Shown in pieces: positions 53,771 through 63,176 of a stretch of 64,000 bases of DNA. The stretch lies in IMG/VR virus record IMGVR_UViG_3300040801_004532, positions 184,137-248,136 of that record; one strand, written 5' to 3'. Position 1 is the first letter of the stretch. Each line of letters opens with the position of its first letter. Position numbers and translations under genes: made by a program. The notes beneath the pieces are model-generated. The model worked only from the letters and a program-made list of their open reading frames with translations. It was not told the DNA's origin and searched no databases.

Positions 53771-54394
53771 TTATTTATCGCCATTTGCGTCTCTGTTTTT
53801 ATTATCTAAACCTGTTAAAAATTTTGCCATTCGTCTATCACCAAACCACCACGTAACACACGAAACGGTTAAATAAATAACAATCGAAGTAACCTGGGTA
53901 TATATCCCCGTTGCTTCTTCAACAGTCATTCCTGGTAGACCATGTTTTTGCATTATATCCCATGCCATATAGGTAAGTACTGAAGTTACTCCAGTCAGGT
54001 ATAATGTCAAACCTGGACGCATGAATCCTCTTAACCAATCAATAAATGCAAATCCCATAGCCAAAATAACAGCACAAGGAATTGCAAAAAATCTACCAAA
54101 TTTTCCTTCAACGCTGAATAGTTTATCAATCCATTTATCACTAAACAATTGTTTTTGTCCAGCTTTCTGCGACTCGACATATGCCTGAGTATCTGCCAAT
54201 TCAACAGCGCCTTCAATTTGAGCTTTAGTTACAGCAATATTCATTTCAGCTTCCATCTTCATAGCTTCAGTTTCTGCTTTAACCATATCTTTTTCATGTT
54301 GAAGCTTTAATTTCATTGTTTTGTAGTTCAAAATACCAGTTGCAACATTACCGATAATACCAGTTAGCCCACCTAATATAGTTTCAAAGATCAT
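53771..54394 (-). CDS. Holin, 3TM GTA-type family-like
   Basis: Hydrophobic N-terminus, coiled coil, LRGFMRPGLT, WWFGDR. Confidence 0.7.
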   Translation of the reverse strand: MIFETILGGLTGIIGNVATGILNYKTMKLKLQHEKDMVKAETEAMKMEAEMNIAVTKAQIEGAVELADTQAYVESQKAGQKQLFSDKWIDKLFSVEGKFGRFFAIPCAVILAMGFAFIDWLRGFMRPGLTLYLTGVTSVLTYMAWDIMQKHGLPGMTVEEATGIYTQVTSIVIYLTVSCVTWWFGDRRMAKFLTGLDNKNRDANGDK

Positions 54395-54397
54395 TTT

Positions 54398-54829
54398 CTA
54401 ATCCCCCCAATTTTCAAAGATTTTCAAAGTGAAGGGTTGGTCAGCCATTTTATTCATGAATCTTCTTAAAGTGATTCTGGAATTTAAAACAGCCCATTGA
54501 TTTAACAGGGTTCCAAATTTATCGCCTAAAATAATGCATCCATTAACATGTGATTTGTAACCCATCTTTGTATCGCCAGCCCAATTACCCGAATGAATAA
54601 GTATAAATGTTCTATCTGGAACTTCTTTTACCCAATACACTTTTCCAAATCTTGGAGAAGAACGAATCACTGCTGGGTATTCCCCAGAAGGGATACAAGA
54701 GATATTCCTTTGATTATCTCTCCACGGAAGCTCAAGAGAATGACACATGAAATTTTCATAGTAGAAAAGCCCGTGTGTTCCCTGATCTCCTCGTTCTATC
54801 CTAAAAAGTTTTACAACTGGTTTATCCAT
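54398..54829 (-). CDS. DUF5675 family protein (candidate endolysin)
   Basis: HSLELPW..CIPSGEY..ILIHSGN..GCIILG. Adjacent to holin. Confidence 0.8.
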   Translation of the reverse strand: MDKPVVKLFRIERGDQGTHGLFYYENFMCHSLELPWRDNQRNISCIPSGEYPAVIRSSPRFGKVYWVKEVPDRTFILIHSGNWAGDTKMGYKSHVNGCIILGDKFGTLLNQWAVLNSRITLRRFMNKMADQPFTLKIFENWGD

Positions 54830-54854
54830 TTTAAGGTTCCATTGTTTTTTGAAA

Positions 54855-54950
54855 TTATTTTTCCTTTCTTCTTGCTTTTGGGAAAATCTTAATTTGTTGT
54901 TTACGTCTTAAACGCCAAATAAGTCTTATACATTCCCTATTATTTTTCAA
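54855..54950 (-). CDS. Possible 31-aa basic peptide (missing from the track)
   Basis: GGAGG then TTG, translated by hand as MKNNRECIRLIWRLRRKQQIKIFPKARRKEK. Confidence 0.3.
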   Translation of the reverse strand: MKNNRECIRLIWRLRRKQQIKIFPKARRKEK

Positions 54951-54974
54951 ATAAATACCTCCGGTTAGAAGAAT

Positions 54975-55901
54975 TTAGGCTTTTTTCTTTTTCATCAAAT
55001 TGATGACTTGTTTCAAAACCTCAACCGGAGTGTCATTTTTTGCAGACATAGCAGCTTGCTCATAGATGATCTCCTGAATCTTTGGATTTTTTGTGCCTGC
55101 TTTTTCAATGTATTTAAAAATATCTTCCTTTGTTAATCTTCTTTTAAACTCTTGAAGAGTTATTTGTTTCTTCTTTGGTTTGCTTCCACGATCCTCAAAA
55201 ATACCAACTTTTCTTAGCGTTTGGGTTAATAACTTCTCCATTGATTCTTTATCTACAATTGACTCCCCTTGTTCTTCAACTTTAGCATTTTCAGATGTTT
55301 TCTTTTTCTTGGGGGAGTGATCTTTTCCACAAGATTCTTCAACCTCTTCTTCATCTTCTGGTTTTACAGGGGGTTCGTTAACCGTCTCCTGTTCATTAAA
55401 CATTGTGGCAAATTTCTTTGATAATTTCTCAACTATTTTATTTGTTAATTCTTCTTCCTCAGTAATTTTTTTGTCCTCTTTTTTGGCTTTTTCTTCTTCC
55501 TCTTTAACAATAACTCCTTGCTTTTGTCCATCTTCTGTTGATGAAACCAATTTTGTTTTTAATGTTGGTTTTGGAATCCACCCACCATCCTTAATTTTAG
55601 CTTCAATTACAAGAGGATTAGAAAATTTAGCATAATCCTTCCAAGGTGTTAAATAATTACCATCAGCAATAACTTCAAGTTTTACTTCTCCTTCATCCCC
55701 TTCTTTTATTCTTTTGCCAATTACAGTATTCAACGGAGGAAGGTCAACAGTAATTGATTCTCTACCAACCTTCGCTGGAAATCCATATTCTACACCTTCA
55801 TATACAATTTTAAAATAGCTATCTAATTGGTCGCTTTGAACTCCGCCAATTTGAATTTCAAAATTTAATTGGCAAGACTCATTTACATTTATCCTTAACA
55901 T
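54975..55901 (-). CDS. Hypothetical protein with Ig-like N-terminus and Glu/Lys-rich linker
   Basis: 308-aa ORF with SD GGAGG. Confidence 0.6.
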   Translation of the reverse strand: MLRINVNESCQLNFEIQIGGVQSDQLDSYFKIVYEGVEYGFPAKVGRESITVDLPPLNTVIGKRIKEGDEGEVKLEVIADGNYLTPWKDYAKFSNPLVIEAKIKDGGWIPKPTLKTKLVSSTEDGQKQGVIVKEEEEKAKKEDKKITEEEELTNKIVEKLSKKFATMFNEQETVNEPPVKPEDEEEVEESCGKDHSPKKKKTSENAKVEEQGESIVDKESMEKLLTQTLRKVGIFEDRGSKPKKKQITLQEFKRRLTKEDIFKYIEKAGTKNPKIQEIIYEQAAMSAKNDTPVEVLKQVINLMKKKKA

Positions 55902-55916
55902 GATAGAGTTCCTCCA

Positions 55917-56117
55917 TTACTCGTCTGTCAATAGTCTTACAGTTATATTTTTATATAATTCCTCTGAAATCTTTTTCCTTACAATTTCTAGATCTTTAAC
56001 AATGATTGTCGGAATAACTTTTTCTTCGTCTTTTCTATAAGGTGGTGCACCGCCCCCACCATATCTAGTACCACAGCATTGATTGAACATGCCCATCGTT
56101 GCGATGCTTACTGACAT
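55917..56117 (-). CDS. Small hypothetical protein
   Basis: SD AAGGA, downstream of a motif A copy. Confidence 0.5.
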   Translation of the reverse strand: MSVSIATMGMFNQCCGTRYGGGGAPPYRKDEEKVIPTIIVKDLEIVRKKISEELYKNITVRLLTDE

Positions 56118-56136
56118 AGTTTACATTCCTTTTTAT

Positions 56137-56147
56137 TTTGTTCTAAA
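56137..56147 (-). promoter_or_regulatory. Motif A copy
   Basis: TTTAGAACAAA, 20 nt upstream of ATG 56117. Confidence 0.5.
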
Positions 56148-56159
56148 TTTATTACTGTC

Positions 56160-56462
56160 TTACATCTTTTGTTTTGGGTCAAAACATAAAAATCGTTTAC
56201 AAACATCTGGTCTAAAACTTTCGTTGTATATTTTACATTTCCCGTTTTCTAGAAATTCACATTGACCATCGACAATTTCTAATATAGGAAGTCTCCCTTT
56301 AACACTTAAATTTTTTGCTCCATATTCTTTTAAAGCATTATATTCCTCTTTTGTCAGTCTTATATGTGGAAACCAATCTTTACAACAATCACAACAATCT
56401 GGAGGGCAAACTCCGGTTATTGGTTTACCTAATAATCTTCTATGTTTATTTTTTTTCATCAT
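56160..56462 (-). CDS. YkgJ/CxxCxxCC cysteine-cluster protein
   Basis: [24 protein letters not shown]. Confidence 0.8.
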   Translation of the reverse strand: MMKKNKHRRLLGKPITGVCPPDCCDCCKDWFPHIRLTKEEYNALKEYGAKNLSVKGRLPILEIVDGQCEFLENGKCKIYNESFRPDVCKRFLCFDPKQKM

Positions 56463-58351
56463 ACTTGACCGCCATCACCAATGTCCCAATTATGATCATT
56501 TACTAATGCCTGTCTTGCTGTTAATGCTGCACCAGAAGAAAATTTACTATTACCGGCATCAAAGGATACATCATTTTGTACATCCTGTGCTTCCCAACCA
56601 ATTAGAAGAGCATCATAATTTGTTGTTGATAAGCCATGGGTAAAATTAAACATAAGTAGCATAGTTTGAACTGATGTAATATTCCAACCGCTTATATCTT
56701 GATCAAATGCAACTGCGTTATAAAACATTTCTCTCATATTTTGAACTAATGATGTATCCCAACCACCAATATCTTGATTAAATGCAGTTGCACCACTAAA
56801 CATAGTAACCATATCTGTAACAGAAGAAGTATTCCACCCTCCAATATCTTGATTAAATACATCTGCGCCCTGAAACATAGAATTCATATTTGTAACAGAG
56901 GTAGTATCCCATCCGCCAATATCTTGATTAAATGTAGTTGCACCACTAAACATACTCGCCATATTTGTAACAGAAGAAGTATTCCAACCGCTTATATCTT
57001 GATTAAATGCAGTTGCACCATAAAACATACTCGCCATATCTGTAACAGAAGAAGTATTCCAACCGCTTATATCTTGATCAAATGCAGTTACATCACTAAA
57101 CATACTACCCATATCTGTAACAGAAGAAGTATTCCAACCACCAATATCTTGATTAAAGGTATTTGTGTTATAAAACATACCCGCCATATTTGTAACAGAA
57201 GAAGTATTCCAACTTCCAATATCTTGATTAAATGTAGTTAAATTAGAAAACATATAACTCATATCTGTAACAGAGGTAGTATCCCAACCACCAATATCTT
57301 GATTAAATGCAGTTGCACCACCAAACATACTACCCATATCTGTAACAGAAGAAGTATTCCAACCACCAATATCTTGATTAAAGGTATTTGCGTTATTAAA
57401 CATACCCGCCATATCTGTAACTGATGATACATCCCACCCACTAATATCTTGATTAAACGCCTGTGCGTTATTAAACATACCCGCCATATCTGTAACTGAT
57501 GATACATCCCACCCACTAATATCTTGATTAAACGCCTGTGCGTTATAAAACATATAACTCATATCTGTAACTGATGATACATCCCACCCACTAATATCTT
57601 GATTAAACGAAGTCTTACTATAAAACATACCCGCCATATTTGTAACAGATGATACATCCCAATTTACTATATTTTGACTAAAATCAGACGCTCTATAAAA
57701 CATATAACTCATATTTGTAACTGATGATACATCCCATCCACTAATATCTTGGTTAAATTTGTCATTATAACTAAACATATAACTCATATTTTGGACTGAT
57801 GACACATCCCAATTTGAAATATTCCCATTAAATATAGTAGGCCCAACTCCTCCTTTCCCCTCTGAATCAGATCCAAACATATAAGTCATATCTTGAACTG
57901 ATGATACATCCAGTTGGATAATCGAAGTAGCATCAGCCATAGAAACACAATTTGCAAATGCATAACTCATATTAGTTGTTTCAGATAAATCTAAAACATC
58001 AGTAGCAGTTACGGTCATATTAATACAACCATAAAAATAACCACCAGCATTTCCTAATTTTAACGACCCCCATTTTTTTATTTCCCTTACTGCTGGAGCA
58101 TATGAGTTATTATTAAACCTAAATCCTTCAATAGTTCCTGTTATTGTTATTTCATATGGGCCGCTACCTGAATAATTATGATTTTTAGCTGAATCATTCC
58201 AAGAGGTAATTATATCATTACTACCATCACCCCATTCAACCTTAAAATTGTAATTACCATTGGATATTAATGGCAATTCAAATGGACTTGATGGTTCAAC
58301 TGTAAATATAAACTCTTGTGATTTTTTAAGAACAAATGAAATTGAAGTCAT
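56459..58351 (-). CDS. DUF285/BspA-family leucine-rich-repeat surface protein
   Basis: About 16 tandem 25-aa units [20 protein letters not shown], N-terminal VEWGDG cap, C-terminal NYDALLIGW. Confidence 0.92.
   Translation of the reverse strand: MTSISFVLKKSQEFIFTVEPSSPFELPLISNGNYNFKVEWGDGSNDIITSWNDSAKNHNYSGSGPYEITITGTIEGFRFNNNSYAPAVREIKKWGSLKLGNAGGYFYGCINMTVTATDVLDLSETTNMSYAFANCVSMADATSIIQLDVSSVQDMTYMFGSDSEGKGGVGPTIFNGNISNWDVSSVQNMSYMFSYNDKFNQDISGWDVSSVTNMSYMFYRASDFSQNIVNWDVSSVTNMAGMFYSKTSFNQDISGWDVSSVTDMSYMFYNAQAFNQDISGWDVSSVTDMAGMFNNAQAFNQDISGWDVSSVTDMAGMFNNANTFNQDIGGWNTSSVTDMGSMFGGATAFNQDIGGWDTTSVTDMSYMFSNLTTFNQDIGSWNTSSVTNMAGMFYNTNTFNQDIGGWNTSSVTDMGSMFSDVTAFDQDISGWNTSSVTDMASMFYGATAFNQDISGWNTSSVTNMASMFSGATTFNQDIGGWDTTSVTNMNSMFQGADVFNQDIGGWNTSSVTDMVTMFSGATAFNQDIGGWDTSLVQNMREMFYNAVAFDQDISGWNITSVQTMLLMFNFTHGLSTTNYDALLIGWEAQDVQNDVSFDAGNSKFSSGAALTARQALVNDHNWDIGDGGQV
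56680..57840 (-). repeat. 75-bp tandem coding repeats of the DUF285 protein
   Basis: Period-75 array. Some adjacent units near 57400-57600 are almost identical at DNA level. Boundaries approximate. Confidence 0.9.
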
Positions 58352-58366
58352 TCTAAATGTCTCCTT

Positions 58367-58888
58367 TTATGGACTTACAATCTGTTTCCAATATGTAAAC
58401 TGACCACATTCTGTTGCGTCGACTTCAATACGATATGTTTCAATAACATTAGAAGCAGTTCCAACAGATGCAGCATCAGAATAAATCCTAACTCTTGCAG
58501 CAATCATATTTCCGTTTTCATCATATGTTGGATCATCAATATAGAAGTTGTGATGAACAAGTCCAAGTGTCTTTTGAACATCTGCAGCAATTGCAGAGAA
58601 ATCACTGGTATATACTTGAACATCATCTAGCTTACCCCAAGGGAAATAAGTCGGGTGTGTTAATACAACATACCATGTCCCAACAGTATCAGGAGTAAAA
58701 TGATATTTATAACTTCCGTTGCCAAGTTCAATGATACTTTCACTCACAAAATCAGATACTTCATTATTCGACGGGTTATATACATAAGTGGTAAAAGCTG
58801 TAGCATCAATTCCTGAAATCAGATTACCGCTATTATCAGCTACAGTAAAACACTCTTCAACTTGTTGATTTACAATCCCTTGTATCAT
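58367..58888 (-). CDS. Hypothetical virion protein (Ig-like)
   Basis: ELGNGSYKYHFTP..GTWYV, typical of decoration proteins. Confidence 0.5.
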   Translation of the reverse strand: MIQGIVNQQVEECFTVADNSGNLISGIDATAFTTYVYNPSNNEVSDFVSESIIELGNGSYKYHFTPDTVGTWYVVLTHPTYFPWGKLDDVQVYTSDFSAIAADVQKTLGLVHHNFYIDDPTYDENGNMIAARVRIYSDAASVGTASNVIETYRIEVDATECGQFTYWKQIVSP

Positions 58889-58892
58889 TTAT

Positions 58893-59897
58893 TTACTCCC
58901 TATAAACCCAAATTTTAGTTTGTGTTCCTGAGTTTATATACTCAAATGCATATAGAACACCATCAAAAACAATTGGAATTGTCGCAGTCCCAATCCCTGG
59001 TGCACTTACACTATTATCAGTACCAAGCGTAATATTTGTAAGATCAATTCTTCTTAAATCTCTTGTTACCCAATCTGGGCTATCAAATTCGCTTCCACCA
59101 TAATAAAGATAATTGCCATATGACATCATAGTTTGAGGGTTGCGAGACTCAGCAATTTTATAAAATATATGAGACCCTACTAGATCCCACCCTAAACCTT
59201 CTCCGCGCCATTGATAAATAACTGCAGAAATGGGAGTGTTCTTTTTAGACATACCGTATAATTTTCCATTGGTTGCGCTGTGCAATGCAGTTACTTTATT
59301 TCCAAATGACCCCTCATAGGTCCAAAGGGTTCCATTATCTAATCTCCATGTTCCATTATCAACAGCACACCAAAGTTCACCATTATGAATTTCAAAACCA
59401 TTTGTCAAAACTCCATTCCCTGCATATAGATCCTGCGACCACGATCCATCATAAACATAAACATAGTAGCCACTACAAACATAAAATTTTCCATTAAAAT
59501 ATTTAGCATCATTTGGATCTCCGCTAGGGTTATATTCAGGTGTCCAAGACCCTATGTTTTTATAAATACCATAAGAATCAAATCCAGTATATAATAGTCC
59601 AGCAACTTCTAGAAAATTTGGTGAACTATAAGGAAATTGGAAAGATGGATACACCTCCCAGGTCCAATTATCCCCAAATAAATTACTATAAATCCACATA
59701 TTATTTGAAATCTTAGATCCTGCCCACACATAACCATCACTTGGACCTATATTAACTGCATAAACTATATCATCAACTATTCCGTCACCAGTATACCCAG
59801 GAGTATCACCAAGGGGAGTCCAAGTACTATCTGGTGGATTAATCGGTGGAGTTGGTTGGTAACTTGAATTTTTAAATACTAATGATATATTACCCAT
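58893..59897 (-). CDS. Beta-propeller-like probable receptor-binding/decoration protein
   Basis: Repeated W/Y/G-rich blades (NGKFYV, NGELW, NGKLYG, GNYLY, DGVLY). Start ATG 59897 after GAGGAG. Confidence 0.5.
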   Translation of the reverse strand: MGNISLVFKNSSYQPTPPINPPDSTWTPLGDTPGYTGDGIVDDIVYAVNIGPSDGYVWAGSKISNNMWIYSNLFGDNWTWEVYPSFQFPYSSPNFLEVAGLLYTGFDSYGIYKNIGSWTPEYNPSGDPNDAKYFNGKFYVCSGYYVYVYDGSWSQDLYAGNGVLTNGFEIHNGELWCAVDNGTWRLDNGTLWTYEGSFGNKVTALHSATNGKLYGMSKKNTPISAVIYQWRGEGLGWDLVGSHIFYKIAESRNPQTMMSYGNYLYYGGSEFDSPDWVTRDLRRIDLTNITLGTDNSVSAPGIGTATIPIVFDGVLYAFEYINSGTQTKIWVYRE

Positions 59898-59899
59898 TT

Positions 59900-60802
59900 T
59901 TACTCCTCTTCTTCCCAAGTATATTCACTTAATTTGTCAATAGTCATTCCAGGTAATAATACTGTACATCGTCTATATGACTCAATAGATGCAAACCCTT
60001 TACTTACAACATCATCTGATGGTGTATATATCCTTCCCCTCAGATACCAACCAGGCGGAATTGCATTTACTGCTGCACCTTCAGCATTTAGTTCATCACC
60101 CATAGGACAGTTTCCATACATTCGATGCTTATTAAGATATACCTTATACGAAATAATATCCTCTCCAGAATACGAATACATTTGACTTCCTGACAAACCA
60201 AGAGCAGCAGCAGGAATTGAACCAGCAGGATTTGGATAATAATTACCAGGAGGAACAGCAACATCCATCGTTGCATATTGTCCCCAAGGTGCATCAAAGA
60301 AATATAAAGTTCCATCCTTTATATATATTGGACAATGAAAGGATAGAAGAAATTCTTTAGCTTTATAACCAGAAGGAACATCTGGACCTGTGTATAAATT
60401 ATTATCATTAGAGAAATCCCAAACCATTTCAACTCCACCGCCAATACTAGTTGAGTCATCTCCAACCATTGTAAAATATGTAGATGTTCCCAATGGTCTT
60501 GAATCAGCTCTTACAACGGGTCTTCCGTCTGGCATATGTGGAGGTTCTGTAGTCGGTAGAGGTTCGCCTTGATGAGCTGCAATAACAGCAGGAAGCGTTG
60601 AAGTTGTATCAACTGAACTTAATTCATCTTTAAACCATATATCACATTCAACTTCATTTGCATTTATATAATCCAAAGCAACAGTTATTTCGGATTCTCT
60701 AATTTCATATGAGAGGGAATCTAGCGAAACTTTTTGATTTGGAAAATCATTTACTATACTAAAGATATATTTTGTTGCTGCCATTTTTATAAGGTCCTCC
60801 AA
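59900..60802 (-). CDS. Hypothetical virion protein
   Basis: Beta-rich, in the decoration cluster. Real start probably ATG 60784. Confidence 0.5.
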   Translation of the reverse strand: MEDLIKMAATKYIFSIVNDFPNQKVSLDSLSYEIRESEITVALDYINANEVECDIWFKDELSSVDTTSTLPAVIAAHQGEPLPTTEPPHMPDGRPVVRADSRPLGTSTYFTMVGDDSTSIGGGVEMVWDFSNDNNLYTGPDVPSGYKAKEFLLSFHCPIYIKDGTLYFFDAPWGQYATMDVAVPPGNYYPNPAGSIPAAALGLSGSQMYSYSGEDIISYKVYLNKHRMYGNCPMGDELNAEGAAVNAIPPGWYLRGRIYTPSDDVVSKGFASIESYRRCTVLLPGMTIDKLSEYTWEEEE

Positions 60803-60809
60803 ATATTTC

Positions 60810-61262
60810 CTAATTGTTTTGTTTTAATTCATGACCTTTCTCTTCTCCGAAATAAAACAGAATAATAGAAGTTTTAACTTTTTGCTGACTAGCTATCTGA
60901 AAAAGCATATCAACAAAAGAAAGAAAATCATCGTTATTAAAATCTATTTTTCCTTCTTCGGCTTCCTCCACTCGAAAAAGAATTTTATTATTATATGAAG
61001 TTGTTTTTACAATTATTCCTAAATTATCTGGTCGCCACTTTGATAAAGCTAGTTCTTTTTTAGGAGACTTCAAAATTTGAAGCCACAAACATTCAAAATT
61101 TCTACACGCTTTAGGTCTACTCTTATATTTAACACAACGATTATTTACAAGTTTATCACACCACTCGCCTGCTTCTTTATCTGTATCTCTCCAGGTAAAT
61201 TCGCTTTTATCTATTCTACATACAAGACAGCAGATATTGCATTTCCCACATAAGTTTTTCAC
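60810..61262 (-). CDS. Second YkgJ/CxxCxxCC-like protein
   Basis: CGKCNICC, C..Y..RPKAC..FEC.W. Confidence 0.75.
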   Translation of the reverse strand: MKNLCGKCNICCLVCRIDKSEFTWRDTDKEAGEWCDKLVNNRCVKYKSRPKACRNFECLWLQILKSPKKELALSKWRPDNLGIIVKTTSYNNKILFRVEEAEEGKIDFNNDDFLSFVDMLFQIASQQKVKTSIILFYFGEEKGHELKQNN

Positions 61263-61275
61263 TTACTACTCCTTT

Positions 61276-61971
61276 CTATTCCACTCTCCATATAGATAGC
61301 CTTGCCCTTTGTATACCAGTAGTTCCTCCCCCAGTATCATAATAATCTAAATCTATATTTATATTTCCACTTAAAGCAGCTTCATACATTCCAGAAACCA
61401 TGTGGTAAAGTCCAGCCCCACCTTTCGAATCTTCATCATAGTGATAACCAATTGTTGTTGTGTCATTAATCTGAATCCTAACATTAGACTCACTATTTTT
61501 ATCATCTAATCTAACATATTCAGCACTATATTCAATATGATAAGTTCCGCTTGGCAATGATGTTTTTGATAAACGAACCTTCTGTTGTGGTGTTGCGCTT
61601 GTTGTACTACTGGCTGTTTCAGATGAATTATATCCTCGCTCAGTTCCAAATACAGTTCCGGGAATTTCTATAACAACAACTCCACCACCAGCATTTGTTG
61701 CATCAACCCCATCTCCAATAAAGTCTAAGGTATTATGTGGAGTATCTGTTACAGGACTTCCTTCATCTTGTACAGAAACTCCCTTAACAGAGTCAATAGT
61801 CACTTTCTTTTTTGCATAAGAATCAGCACTATCTTCTAGAAGCAAAAGATCTGAAGAAGCAGGCGTTGTTTTGGATGTTAAAAGATTTACCTCCCCTTCA
61901 CCCTCTGTAAAGACTCGGTCACCATTAACTTGTGCTCTGGTCTCAAAATTTATTTTTCCTTTCCATTTCAT
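61276..61971 (-). CDS. Tail-fibre-associated hypothetical protein
   Basis: DLLLLEDSADSYAKKKVT, VSVQDEG, TLDFIGDGV, Thr/Ser-rich beta C-terminus. Confidence 0.5.
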   Translation of the reverse strand: MKWKGKINFETRAQVNGDRVFTEGEGEVNLLTSKTTPASSDLLLLEDSADSYAKKKVTIDSVKGVSVQDEGSPVTDTPHNTLDFIGDGVDATNAGGGVVVIEIPGTVFGTERGYNSSETASSTTSATPQQKVRLSKTSLPSGTYHIEYSAEYVRLDDKNSESNVRIQINDTTTIGYHYDEDSKGGAGLYHMVSGMYEAALSGNINIDLDYYDTGGGTTGIQRARLSIWRVE

Positions 61972-62012
61972 AGTTTAAAACCCCTATTGTCTTTTGACAT
62001 TGGCTTGCGCCA

Positions 62013-63152
62013 TTAGGTTAAATTTATTTTATTTATATTTAAAAGTGAAACAGTATTAACTTTACCAATAATAGATCTATTTATTGTATTAACTTTTCCT
62101 GACCAGAGAGCTTCTTCGGGTCCTGTTGAATAAAAAGTCCCTGGTGAATTTTGATTATTAAATTCAATTGCAATCCAATCTGCAGATCTTGCAATATTAG
62201 AAACTCTTGCCTCATCCACAATACCATCAAGATATTCATCATCAGCTGGTGAAAAAATTAAATCAAGAGTTGAGCTATCATTGATTGTACCTGTTTCATT
62301 TTGTGAGTAATCTAAAGTATCATTGACATACAAATCAATTGATGCCCCATCATATGTTACAGTTAAATAATACCAATTACCTGGGGAAAGATTAATATCT
62401 GGTCCAGTAAATATATCAACAACACCACTACTTAATACAAAATATGCAGCAATATATGTCTCGCCTGCCGCTGGTCGATAAACATAAAGAGAATAATTAA
62501 ATGGATTCTCTTTACTTAAAATATCGTACCATCCATCATTAGCTGAAGGTATACTTTCAAGATTTAACCAGGTAGATAAAGTTATATATTGGGTGATGTT
62601 TAGACTGCTTCCATTGCCGCAATTAATCTGATCACTATTATCTTTTTCAAAATCTTGTGCTTTAGAAATTTTACCATTTGTCTCTGCTGGTGCATTTGCT
62701 CCAGTTTTTGTTCCATCATTTCCATATTGTGTACTATCAGAAATTGTTGAGGTTGTTTCATCTGACATATGATAAACAGCCATATAATTATCATCCCAAA
62801 CTCCAGTTGGATCCTGCTGGTCTGATGCAGATTCATATCCATAATAGATATATATTTCTGTATCTACACTGGATGAAAGCGTGGGAATTCTAATCCAAAC
62901 AATTAGCTCACCTGTGGTTGAATCATATGAATCTATCTCATGTGAAAGTTGACTGGTTGCATCTGATGATAATGAAGTAAAAAGAATATCTCCACCATCA
63001 ATCTTTCCTACTTTTCCTCCAAAATCAGCATGCCTTAAATCAGAATCAGTGACAGAGTATAAAACTGGAAAATTGGATTGAGTGGATACAACTTTCGTAC
63101 TGTCTATAGTTATCTTTTTTCTATACCCCCAATTTTGATCAAACCATGCCAT
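62013..63152 (-). CDS. DUF2341 plus LamG/concanavalin A-like lectin domain virion protein
   Basis: WGYRKKITI..NFPVL..IWIRIP..IYIYYG, then WYYLTVTYDG..LYVN..DGIVDEARVS..RSADWI. Confidence 0.85.
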   Translation of the reverse strand: MAWFDQNWGYRKKITIDSTKVVSTQSNFPVLYSVTDSDLRHADFGGKVGKIDGGDILFTSLSSDATSQLSHEIDSYDSTTGELIVWIRIPTLSSSVDTEIYIYYGYESASDQQDPTGVWDDNYMAVYHMSDETTSTISDSTQYGNDGTKTGANAPAETNGKISKAQDFEKDNSDQINCGNGSSLNITQYITLSTWLNLESIPSANDGWYDILSKENPFNYSLYVYRPAAGETYIAAYFVLSSGVVDIFTGPDINLSPGNWYYLTVTYDGASIDLYVNDTLDYSQNETGTINDSSTLDLIFSPADDEYLDGIVDEARVSNIARSADWIAIEFNNQNSPGTFYSTGPEEALWSGKVNTINRSIIGKVNTVSLLNINKINLT

Positions 63153-63176
63153 TTTTTCTCCTCAATTCCAAAGACA

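Noticed and set aside
56680-57840. CRISPR array
   Set aside because: The 75-bp period is an in-frame coding repeat with no unique spacers and no cas genes.
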